Part shown: positions 52,921 through 64,000 of the stretch, one piece after another
Layout of the letters: each line of letters opens with the position of its first letter
Numbering within the stretch: position 1 is the stretch's first letter
Source of the DNA: Tubulanus polymorphus
Taxonomy: Eukaryota; Animalia; Nemertea
Assembly (NCBI RefSeq): GCF_964204645.1
Contig: NC_134033.1
Location: 2,252,131-2,316,130, forward strand
Length of the DNA: 64,000 nt
Direction: 5' to 3'
Program-made: the position numbers and the translations under genes
Notes under the pieces: model-generated
Told to the model about the DNA's origin: nothing
What the model saw: the letters and a program-made list of their open reading frames with translations, nothing else
Databases searched by the model: none

Positions 52921-55900
52921 CTGGAAATATAAATGAGATCATAAATGTCGTATCCTAAACGGAGTCCAGTTCAAATGCGCTGCAAATTTGGTATAACCTC
53001 AGCATAACTCTATTCGATGTATCAGTCATCTCTCCCTAGGGAGAAGTTACATCGGGGAAGCAACTAAGCGCTTGGAGTCATCTATCAGGCCGGGTACCCG
53101 TCTACTCCTGGGCGATGAGAGGCAATGAGGATAAGTGTCGTGCCCGAGGACACATTAGTTCATTTTCAATGTTTTAAACACTACAATCTAAATCTTATTT
53201 CGATCTTGAAATAGGGATTGCATCCGATTCATTTTGGTTGAAAGATTTGGTTTAATTCGTTTTGTTTTGGTGTCCCTTACAAACCCACCACCTCTGCCGG
53301 AAACGAAACAGGGGCTTTGATTTTGAAGATAGTTGTGTGATCAAATTTACAGAAACCAGTTATTTAAATCAAAGTAATTGGAAATTTCGGTTCCGGTTCG
53401 TTCGAACGATCTTCCAACCAATCTGAACCGGCAAGCGTAACTGAACCGTAGAACTGGAATAGCGTGCAAATAGCTAAATGAATCTAAGCGCTTTATTTAA
53501 ATCATATTTCTAACAGAATACTGAATCTTGAAATCGAAGTTTCTTAATAAAGGAATCCGACACCGAGCCACAAAAAATTGTCTTCTTACTCTAAATATCG
53601 CGCGATCGATTACTGAAGTGTTTTTCTGAGAAAGTTGATGATATGCTCGATGCCTCGCGCCCCCGGTCGATTCAAATACCACGTCAGTACGTCGTCGTGA
53701 AACCCGACGCGATCGTAATAAACCTCCGTCTGGACGCCGGCTCGACGCAGACGATCGGCGTATAGCAACGCGTCGTCGCGGAGAACGTCGTAACCGGCAG
53801 ACGACACGTACGCAGGCGGCAAGTCGGCGAGTCCGTCCTCATCGGGTAACAACAGCGGACTAAACCTGGCGTCGAGAACGAATCCTTCCGAGTCCGCGTC
53901 GAATTCCGAATCTTCGTTTTCGCTCGCGTTGACGGGATCCGAATCGACGTCTCGCCGGAAGTCAGCCGGTAGATTTCGCGGGTCGACGTATCGCGAGTAT
54001 CGTTCGCGAGACGGTTTCGAAACGTGTCGATTTCGACGGAATTTCTCGGCGACGTTGCGGCCCTTCCCCGCGTACAACGAAGAGTACCGCGCGGCGACCT
54101 CAATCGAAGTGACGATCGCGTATTTATCGTTCTCGAGGTACGACGGTAACTGGAAATCGAACGCTTGCAGCACCGCGTGGATGAGAACTTGCAGACGGAT
54201 TTCGGGAACGTTTTTTTCGTGTCTCATTTTCTGAGCGACCGCGGCGGCTAAGTTACCCCCGGCGCTATCTCCTGGAAATAAAAACAAAATACCCAGATAA
54301 TCGGTACGAGCTAGAATTTGAATGCAAGCAATCTTTTCCTGTCGAAATTCGATTTCTTTTTTTGATGATATTTGAAAAATCCTTCAGACCAGATTCTGTA
54401 GCAAACTGACAAAATGTCCGAGTAATCAGTCAGTGCTACAATCTAAATCCAATTCAGTCCTTTCCTGTCGAAATTCGATTTCTTTTTTGGTGAAATTTGA
54501 AAAATCCTTCAGACCAGATTCTGTAGCAAACTGACAAAATGTCCGAGTAATCAGTCAGTGCTACAATCTAAATCCAATTCAGTCCTTTCCTGTCGAAATT
54601 CGATTTCTTTTTTGGTGAAATTTGAAAAATCCTTCAGACCAGATTCTGTAGCAAACTGACAAAATGTCCGAGTAATCAGTCAGTGCTACAATCTAAATCC
54701 AATTCAGTCTTTTCCTGTCGAAATTCGATTTCTTTTTTGGTGAAATTTGAAAAATCCTTCAGACCAGATTCTGTAGCAAAATGACAAAATGTCCGAGTAA
54801 TCAGTCAGTGCTACAATCTAAATCCAATTCAGTCCTTTCCTGTCGAAATTCGATTTCTTTTTTGGTGAAATTTGAAAAATCCTTCAGACCAGATTCTGTA
54901 GCAAACTGACAAAATGTCCGAGTAATCAGTCAATGTTACAATCTAAATCCAATTCAGTCTTTTCCTGGCGAATTCGATTTGTTTTTTTTTTGTGTTATTC
55001 AAAAATCCAAAGTAATCAATCAGTACATCGAATTCAGTCTATTCCCGTCAAATTCTTTAATGAAAGAATATTTTCGATGAGTACTCTCAATACCGGTCAA
55101 TCCTTTACTTAGAACTCTCGAAACCAGAACAATGTAACCGGGCTAAAAATTTTACAGGTGGAAATGTAAATACAGTGGAACCTCGTTATAACGAACTCGG
55201 ATATAAACGAACGATTCATCGGATACAGCGAATATAGATGTGGTCCCAAGTAAGACCATGTCCATTTGGTTAATTTCATACTGGACATAACAGTGAACTA
55301 TTGGTTATAACGAATATATTTTCTGGTCCCCTGAAGTTCGCTGTAACGAGGTTCCACTGTACAGTTCAAGTCCTTTATAACGCCACTCACTGTTGGAACC
55401 AACCGAAAGTATGGCGTTATGAAGAGAATATATTTTCATTGAATTCGATTAAGATTTTTTCTCTGAAAAATCTTGGCCTTGAAGTGAGTTGTGGCATTAG
55501 AAAGGATGGCAGCCTAATAACAGACTCAGTGAAAAACCCATCAAAGATAATTCCTCGCAGAAGAGAATGAACGAATCGAGCATCTCAAATCGAGCATGAA
55601 AACCACTGAATAAAACTCTACTCATTTCTTTATTCGTTATATAAAACTTTTGATCAAAATTCACACATTTTAATAATATGTACATGATTTGCATATATGT
55701 TAATCAATAACTGGCAGACGGTAATTACCGTTCTAACATCATCGGAATGTAACGATGTGAAATACTGATTTTATGATTATTTTCATGATTCAGCAACAAA
55801 ATCTCGGGATTATTCTCATAATATCTCGGGACAATTCATACATTTACAGAAGACTTCTCTGATTCTCAACTCAGATATCACTCTCAAGTCAAAAGATCCG

Positions 55901-58900
55901 ACTTGATCAGAGTCTACTGTACCATCGAACTCAGATACTGTTTTAAATCAGAAGATCTGCCTTGAGCGGAGTCTACTGTACCATCCAACTCAGATATCAC
56001 TCTCAAGTCAAAAGATCAGACTCTTGAGTGGAGTGTACTGTACCATCCAACTCAGATATCACTCTCAAGTCAAAAGATCCGACTTGATCAGAGTCTACTG
56101 TACCATCGAACTCAGATACTGTTTTAAATCAGAAGATCAGACTTGAGCGGAGTCTACTGTACCATCCAACTCACATATCACTCACAAGTCAAAAGATCCG
56201 ACTTGAGCGGAGTATACTGTACCATCCCACTCGCATGTCACTCACAAGTCAAAAGATCAGACTTGAGCGGAGTTTACTGTACCATCCAACTCACATGTCA
56301 CTCACAAGTCAAAAGATCAGACTTGAGCGGAGTCTACTGTACCATCCAACTCAGATATCACTCACAAGTCAAAAGATCAGACTTGAGCGGAGTCTACTGT
56401 ACTATCCAACTCAGATATCACTCTCAAGTCAAAAGATCTGACTTGATCAGAGTCTACTGTATTATCCAACTCAGATATAACTCTCAAGTCAAAAGATCAG
56501 ACTTGAGCTGAGTCTACTGTACCATCCAACTCAGATATCACTCTCAAGTCAAAAGATCAGACTTGAGCGGAGTCTGCTGTATCATCCAACTCAGATATCA
56601 CTCTCAAGTCAAAAGATTTGACTTCAAAGTCCAAAATGGAGTTACTTTAGCAGCAAATGTCTACTGTATACGAACATTGTATAAAGTCACTCGTAAATTT
56701 CTAAGAATATTTCATTAAGACTTTTCAGTTTTCATCTCAAACATCTGCTTCAAAAATGCGATCAAATCGTTGAATGTTCTCGCGCCGGCCGCAAAATTAC
56801 CGAACCGCAAAACGTCTTGATGAAACCCGCGTTCGTAGTATTTCAAGGTCGTCACGACGCCGTCTTTGCGCAGACGCCGCGCGTATATAACGGCGTCGTC
56901 CGCGACGACGTCGTAGCCCGCGGCGACCACGTACGCCGGCGGCAATCCCTTCAACGTTTTCTGCATCAACGGCGCGAAATACGGATGCAACACGAAATTC
57001 TGCATCGCGTCCGACAGAGTCTCGTCGCCGGCGTCGACGATGCCGACGCGGTCGCGCGCGTAATCGCGTCGATGCGCCGGAGGCAGAATCGCGAAATCGA
57101 CCAGGTACGAGTACGTCGTTTTCAGGTATCGCGACGTGTGGTTGTTGCGCGCGAAGAACCACGCGATCGCCGGGTCCTTGCGCATGTATCCGAGCCAGGC
57201 GCGCGCCACGCCGCGCGTCGACGCGCCGACAGGTCGGCGTTCGTTGCGCGCGTACGACGGCAGACGGAAATCGAACGCTTGCAGCATCGGCGTCAGCAAC
57301 ACTTGTAACCGCAGCGACGGCAGTCCGCGCGGCGTGCGCATGAATTTCTGCGCGACGGCGGCCGCCAGGTTTCCGCCGGCGTCGTCACCTGCAATAAAAG
57401 ACGGCAGACGGATTTCGGATCGGAGGCGTCGAGAAAACGTCGGCAATACCGACGGTCGAAATGCGACAAAAGCATGCGCAGCGTGAAATACTCAAAACAA
57501 TCCTCAACAAATGAAATCAATTTTCTCGTAAAAATATCAAATCCTCCAAGTGAGTTATAAGAGGCAGATAGGAGACGATATCCGGTTTATGGGGAGTCGA
57601 AATTGATTTTCATAAGGAGCTGAGCCAGTTACACAGTCTGATCAAAGTGACATAAGATCTTAAGACTGGTCTTGAATCTTAAGACTGGCTGTATAGTAGA
57701 ACCACCGGTAAGATGACCGTAAGACTGGTGTTAAATTGTTTGATCGGTTATACAACTAAAATCAGCTAAGACTGCTGGTCTTAAGTTGTTAGATTGGCTA
57801 TAGAACCAAAATGAGCTCAGCCTGGTCTTAAATTTTAAGAACAGTCTTAGACTGGCGCCGATGGCTAATCTCGATGGTAAATCTACTAAATCCAAAACGG
57901 ATTAAAGATTTGTCGCGAGCGGCATTTATTTTCAAGCGTAATTACGCGAAGCTACGTTCGAATTCAAAAACTTACCCATAACGACGATTTTCGACGGATC
58001 GATTTTGAACTGCGAGCCGAATTCCAATAGGTGGCGCGTCACGGCGAAACAGTCGTCGAACGGAGCCGGAAACGGGTGTTCAGGAGCCAAACGATAACTG
58101 AAAAGATTAAACGGTGAAAGATATCGTATAACCACAGGCACACGTTGCAGTCATCAGGACCTGCATCAACGAGCCGTCGGTTAGAGATTGGACTCGGTAG
58201 ATTTCAAATAAGTTCATTTCTGACGTTTCTACTGTAGAGTCAAATCTTAATTCTAGAGTAGAACTAAATCCAGCTAATCTAACTCGAATCCAACTAATCT
58301 AACTCGAATCCAACTAATCTAACTCGAATCCAGCTAATCTAACTCGAATCCAACTAATCTAACTCGAATCCAACTAATCTAACTCGAATCCAACTAATCT
58401 AACTCGAATCCAGCTAATCTAACTCGAATCCAGCTAACCTAACTCGAATCCAACTAATCTAACTCGAATCCAGCTAATCTAACTCGAATCCAAGATTTTG
58501 ATCGCCCTCTGATCAGTCAGTTTTATGTAATCGAAATCATCATTTTCAATTTTTCAAATGGATTTTTTTCGAACCCACGAAAAATATCGATGTTATCAAA
58601 CATTCAAGTCTCAAAAAAAGATTCGGTTTCGTTCTCCCAGTTTTTTTGGAATTAGTTAATTTCAACTCCTCTTAATCTAACAAACTTTCAGTGGAACCAT
58701 TTCCTTGCTTTCAGTGTACTATTAGGATTTCTGATGAACCTGATAAACCGTTTGTCCGCGTCTGGAACCGAAATTTATATTCTATGATAAAGATAAATTC
58801 ACTTACTCGACTGATATGACGGTGAATTGAGTACGTCTGGCCAGTTCTCTAGTGAATTCATCGTGAGTATCTGAAAAATATTTATGAAATCAACTTCATT

Positions 58901-61900
58901 TTCGGCGTTATCCGCAACAGGTTTTAGCGGGGCAGCTGCCCCTTTCATTTTTACATCCACCCCTCTGTCAATCAGCCACTCCTTATAAAATATCTGCTGC
59001 CCCTACCAGAGTTGATGTCAATATCCTCTCAATGCTGATGATTGCTTTGAAATGTATTGGCCAGTTTTATATATATCGCAACTGTGTTTCCCGAAACAGG
59101 TTTTAGAGGGGCGGCCATTCATTTTACATCGACCGCGCTCTGAAAATCAGCCAACCCTAATGAAACATCTGTCAATATGTGGATGTCAATATTCTCTCAA
59201 TGCTGATGGAAAATATTGCATTCAATGGGACAAATAGATGGATATTACACCAAAATTAAGCTTTAAAAATCTATACTTTTTGTGGGATCGAAGCCTTGCT
59301 ACTTCAGCAGCCGCGATGTCATACACTTAACAAATGGATGCAGCACGACTTTAAAATTCCAGCATTTGGACTGAACACTGTTTTTTTTATTAACTTTATT
59401 AACTTTCAGCGCGTCTACACCACAGTGCGGTGTATGAATCGGTGATGGATTTTGCTAGTACACCGCACTGCAGTGTATTGGTGTAATGAGTAATTAGTTT
59501 TTATCTCTATTGAAAGATGGCAGCACCTGTCAAACATAGTGAAATATTAGTAACTAACGATACACCGCACCGCGGTGTAGACGCACTTTAGCGGTATTCC
59601 CGTTATTAAACACACAAGGGCTGAATTTTTCAAAATTTTCAAATTATCTCCAGCACTATAGGGTATTGATAAGTCAGCACTGAAAGGGTTAAGAAGGCGA
59701 GGTTTTTGTTTTACGTACCGATACTCATAATGGTCCAGCCTCCGCCGTGGAAGTAAACGATCGCTGGGCCGTACGCGCTGCCTTTCACCGGTTCATAGAT
59801 GCGAACTCTTACGCCTTCGATTTCCGTCGTCTTTATCTGAAATACGAAACGAAAAATGTTCATCGAAACGACAATATCGTCTCTCACATCGGTCGGCAGA
59901 CGTTCAAGGACGATGACTTTTAGAGCCCATTACAAGATATTCAAGGCCTTAAAATTGGCCCATCCCCGTTCGAGGACTCTTCAGGACGTCCACGAACCAC
60001 GATGCAGGGTCCGATCTAAGCGCTCGTCCGATTGCCCGGGACAAGTATATTCTTATCAGGGCAAGTAGGTTTACCATTATCACTTGTCCCCCGGGCTAGC
60101 GCGATTTGATGTCAGAAAACTTTTTTCCCACTCGTTACAACGGATGATAGTGCCATCAATCAAACTGCCGGTGTAGGATAAGTAGTTTTTGGAGGGGGCA
60201 AGCAAAATTTTCAGATATGCTTGCCCCCAGGGCAAGTGGCTTTCGTTCCTTACATCGGACCCTGCGATGGCTCAAGTCTGTTAACTAACAGAAGTTAACA
60301 GCTTATATTTAAGATAAGTCTAAGACCGACTAAGGAAAGATTAATTTGTTTTCAAAACCTAGAATTTTGTACCCGATGTGACGATTCTAGAAATTTCAAC
60401 TGCGTACAACTAACAGATTTTCAGGTCCCCTATGGTTTGTTGTTACGAGGTTCCACAGATTCTGAAGTCACTCGAACCACTTATTTTGTTACGAGCTTCA
60501 GTGACTTAATTTTATAGTCTATCTAACAAATAAAGATTTCAAACTGGTCTATAATAATAGCAAAAATAAATAAAGAGGATATTTCAAGATACTCCTGACT
60601 TGACCGTACAACTGATCCCAGCAGTTTTTACAGATAAACCACAAAGAAAAGTTGAAATTTTTTTAAAGAAAGTTGGTCGTCTGGCAGCAGTTTTTTCTAT
60701 GTCAGAAGGCTTCAACCCGATCACTTATCTTAGCTAAACTTTTTTCTCCAAATCTAAGAAACGCCGATAGGAAAATAACGAAAGTTCTAAAAGGAAAATG
60801 AAACGGTGCTTACGTTTAGGTCGGGGTCGTCGATTTTCATACCGGCCACGTACGCCGTATTCAGTATCCATCTCATCGTCTCGTGCTCGGTCGCTATTCC
60901 TAACTTAGAGCTGGCGAATGCCTGAAAAATATAAAAGAAAGCGTCAATTTCAGTGAGGGTTCTTTCACCACTTGATCATTCCATTATTTTACTATTATTT
61001 TGGTCTTTCTTCGAAATCTTATTTTTTTGGAAAATTCCAGTGAGGGATTTGTGGTCCTGACACCAGGGTTCTTATAGATCAGGGAATCCAAAAATAACTT
61101 GATATTTCCCTGACACTTGACCAAAAATTCCCTGATTAAATTATAAGATATCCTCAGTGAGGGCTGTTTCTTATTAAGAGGTACCTTGTGTCACTCGTCA
61201 CCAGCAAGAACAACAAGACACCAAAAATTCAAATTCCCCGATTAAATCATAAGATATCCTCAGTGAGGGCTGTTTCTTATCAAGAGGTTCCTTGTGTCAC
61301 TCGTCACCAGCAAGAACAACAAGATACCAAAAATTCAAATTCCCTGATTGAATTATAAAATATCCTCAATGAGGGCTCTTTGTTATCGTGAGGTTCATTG
61401 TGTCACTCGTCACCAGCAAAAACAACAAGACACGAAAAATCTAAACTCCCTGATTACATTATAGGATATCCTCAGTGAGGGCTGTTTCTTATCAAGAGGT
61501 TCCTCGTGTCACTCGTCACCAGCAAGAACAACAAGACACCAAAAATTCAAATTCCCCGATTAAATCATAAGATATCCTCAGTGAGGGCTGTTTCTTATCA
61601 AGAGGTTCCTTGTGTCACTCGTCACCAGCAAGAACAACAAGATACCAAAAATTCAAATTCCCTGATTGAATTATAAAATATCCTCAATGAGGGCTCTTTG
61701 TTATCGTGAGGTTCATTGTGTCACTCGTCACCAGCAAAAACAACAAGACACGAAAAATCTAAACTCCCTGATTACATTATAGGATATCCTCAGTGAGGGC
61801 TGTTTCTTATCAAGAGGTTCCTCGTGTCACTCGTCACCAGCAAGAACAACAAGACACCAAAAATTCAAATTTCTTGACTTTTTTGGGAATTTCAAGAAAG

Positions 61901-62304
61901 GAGCTTAGAACACTAAACTGGAATTCCTTTGGTTTCCTAGATCTGTAAAACGATATTGAACGATATTGTTCTACCATCCATCCAGGATCCATTCAGAATA
62001 GTTCTGTCAAGTTCCAAATTTCTTGACTTAGGAACTTTTTGGGACTTTCCAAAAGTTCAAGTTTCTGACATTTTGGATAAATTAAAATAATGAGTAGTTG
62101 CCATACTTAATGGACGGCTGACAAGAGCGAAAATGGATTTCTTAAAAGTACACCTACTATATGGCCGGTAAATTTCAGTCCTGCTAATAGCAATCGGACT
62201 TTCCACGGTTCTTCCAGATCGTCGGGTAAAGGATGGTACATGTAATAAGCGATAATTCCAGTCCATAGCGCCAACAACAACACTGAATGCTTCAAAACCG
62301 ACAT
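52277..62304 (-). CDS. Arylacetamide deacetylase / neutral cholesterol ester hydrolase-like HSL-family alpha/beta hydrolase with three alternative last exons
   Basis: Shared exons 62304-62158 (N-terminal signal anchor, [13 protein letters not shown]), 60921-60814, 59836-59719 (VRIYEP, YFHGGGW), 58870-58807 and 58097-57976 ([10 protein letters not shown], ends phase 1). These join in frame to any of 57388-56715, 54271-53610 or 52920-52277, giving 410, 406 or 400 aa. Confidence 0.9.
53085..53153 (-). mobile_element. CORE-SINE-like fragment
   Basis: Minus strand GTGTCCTCGGGCACGACACTTATCCTCATTGCCTCTC..CCCAGGAGTA..GGGTACC resembles the CORE/MIR consensus as recalled; not database-verified. Confidence 0.45.
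53610..54271 (-). CDS. Hydrolase terminal exon B ([17 protein letters not shown])
   Basis: Acceptor TTTCCAG, phase 1, open to stop; AATAAA on - strand at 53497-53492. Confidence 0.9.
54336..54975. repeat. 125-bp tandem repeat, 5 units
   Basis: TTTCCTG(T/G)CGAA at 54336, 54461, 54586, 54711, 54836 and 54961. Confidence 0.95.
55173..55359. mobile_element. Tc1/mariner-pogo-like MITE
   Basis: TA-CAGTGGAACCTCGTTA ... TAACGAGGTTCCACTG-TA. Confidence 0.8.
55866..56622. repeat. 60-bp satellite, ~12 units
   Basis: Reverse complement of the 9030-9484 array. Confidence 0.95.
56715..57388 (-). CDS. Hydrolase terminal exon A ([17 protein letters not shown])
   Basis: Acceptor TTTTATTGCAG, phase 1, open to stop; nucleophile codon is GAC (Asp). 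Confidence 0.88.
58262..58493. repeat. 20-bp minisatellite
   Basis: AACTCGAATCCA(A/G)CTAATCT repeated about 11 times. Confidence 0.95.
59399..59692. mobile_element. piggyBac-like MITE copy
   Basis: Colinear with 1267-1560, ends GCACTGAAAGGG-TTAA. Confidence 0.75.
60005..60264. mobile_element. MITE with 16-bp TIRs and 5-bp target duplication
   Basis: CGATG-CAGGGTCCGATCTAAG ... CTTACATCGGACCCTG-CGATG. Confidence 0.7.
61125..61875. repeat. ~106-bp tandem repeat, ~7 units
   Basis: ATATCCTCA(G/A)TGAGGGCT...GTGTCACTCGTCACCAGCAA units, with an apparent 3-unit higher-order duplication. Confidence 0.92.
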
Positions 62305-63563
62305 CGTCAGCGATACCTGAAATACGAGTCCGCATCCGCATTTTAATCACAACCAGGAACCGGCATAGTTCTGTTCGGGTTTAAAACTTGTCTTAATTTA
62401 AAATATGCATTTTCTAAACTTTAAATACATCAGAAATTTTAATTCCACCCTCTTTAACATGATGACAACATTTTCTGCGAAAAATATGATCGTTTTAAAT
62501 TCTTTTCTCGATAGTTACCTAACCAACCGGAAGTGTAGACTTTGTTCGGTCGGCTGAAAACACGGACACGGATTGCTTTAGATCGCTAGCTGGCAACCAG
62601 TCTAGTTCCAATAAAACACGGATACGGGCTATGCTTACCAGGGCTGGAATCGATTTGCAAAAAGCACGGATTTGGATGCCTTTAACCTAGACTCGAACCC
62701 TATAAGAATTGTCTTTATTTCGGGTCTTGATCAGCGTAAAAAACGTAAAGAAACGATTCCGGCCCGACGATACATTGTGCACTGACCTCGCGCCTAATGG
62801 GGTACCCGCGAAACCAGCTATACCACCAGATGGCGCGACAAGCAGTAGGTCGTGTGTTGTCAAAATTAGTTCATTTTCAATGACATTTGAACTGGATTTT
62901 TGAACTCCTCAATCTATATACTACCAATATACAATACTTTCATTCTTCTAATCGGATATCGGTAAAGTTTCCAAAAATGATTCATTCATTTAAGAGAAAA
63001 GTTAATTTAGGTTTAATTGAAATGTAGACGAAATCGAACGTGGACGACCAACTATCTACTAGCGACACCTGGCGGATCCTCGCCTGCCATACGTGGAATC
63101 CTCGATTGCCACAGTAGCACTGCGGGTACCCCATTAGATCTACAAGTAGAGCCCCGCGTCAGAACAGATGATCTTAGGGCATCCAGCAGAGTCGGGATCC
63201 AGGGAAATCGGCCCTGGGAAGAAAAAGGCATTCTGTCGGATCCAGCCCACTGTCCAGTCGCCACATGGTAGGGGACCCGGCGAACCTCCTTCGGTTTTCG
63301 TTATTTTTGAAGAAATGAATCGCGAACCCGTAGTAGTGAAAAGGCAGGGGACCCGCGAGACCACTAACCCGTTAGATCCGTTCCTGACCCATATCACATA
63401 TCACAAGGACTCAGCGAAACGAATATGAAACCAGCGCCGGTATAAGAAAACATACACTTTAAATCCACTCATTTAGTGTTTACAAATATACCATTTTTTC
63501 ACTTACGCAAATAATTTTTAAGTTTACTGCATGATTTGTTTAGGAATAAAAATGAAAGCATTA

Positions 63564-63782
63564 GGCTAAAAAAATTGATACCTTGTTTCTCCGCTCTGCT
63601 GAGCTTAAATGTTGAACCGGCCGGCCGCCTATCTACCCTATACATTACTTTTTTTAAAATCGTGATCAATTTTACCATAACAGACCCGGCCGCTATGGAA
63701 ATGAACTGTTAACAAATTTTATCAAATTTTACAAAAATGACCCGGCCGCTGCGGAGAAACAAGGTATCATTTTTGTTTAGCC
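63564..63782 (+). mobile_element. PIF/Harbinger-like MITE copy
   Basis: Near-identical to 6757-6976, TTA target duplication. Confidence 0.85.
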
Positions 63783-64000
63783 TTATAGGTAAAAAACATG
63801 CAGTTAACTCAGAAAGCATAACCCCAGTGAGTAGGCCTTACGTCTGTGGTTTAGTTTCACGATCAGTTATTTTCACCACACAAGCCCATCCGATTATAAA
63901 AGCTACACCAACGATTAGGTATCTAACCGCAACCCGAGTTCAAGGGAGTAGTAGATTAAAGACGGGGGTTATGTCTAAAAGAATTCACCTACGACAGGTC

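Noticed and set aside
54336-54975. Regular arrays as possible CRISPR
   Set aside because: Units are contiguous with no unique spacers, there are no cas genes, and the context is eukaryotic
52277-57388. Three separate tandem AADAC-like genes
   Set aside because: No HGGG or YRLAPE exons or start exons were found between the terminal exons; only one N-terminal exon set is visible
52268-57486. Plus-strand ORFs over the hydrolase exons (also antisense ORFs over RTK and GPCR exons)
   Set aside because: Shadow frames of stop-poor coding exons

Overview
This is AT-rich animal (invertebrate) genomic DNA with spliced genes, not prokaryotic sequence. From left to right: (1) The 3' part of a receptor tyrosine kinase on the + strand, with 13 exons traced (299-11535). 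It encodes Ig-like domains, a TM helix and a split kinase with a long insert, and ends in ETQV. (2) An ~8.5 kb tandem duplication on the - strand. Each unit carries a 3-exon, ~1950-aa CUB/C-type-lectin/LDLa/LRR/7TM receptor of the GRL101-like leucine-rich-repeat GPCR type; the second copy has a 7-nt frameshift in exon 1. (3) A repeat-rich interval with tRNA-derived SINE-like pieces and long direct and inverted repeats. (4) A small Cys-rich gene on the - strand. (5) An AADAC/NCEH1-like (HSL-family) hydrolase on the - strand. Its five shared exons are followed by three tandem, intact, phase-compatible last exons, each carrying a full set of catalytic-triad positions, and one has Asp in place of the nucleophile Ser (GDDAGG). 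This apparent active-site cassette switch is the most interesting signal in the window. Introns contain many MITEs (piggyBac-, Harbinger- and Tc1/pogo-like) and satellites. All gene models were assembled by hand from splice signals and reading-frame phase and have no transcript support.
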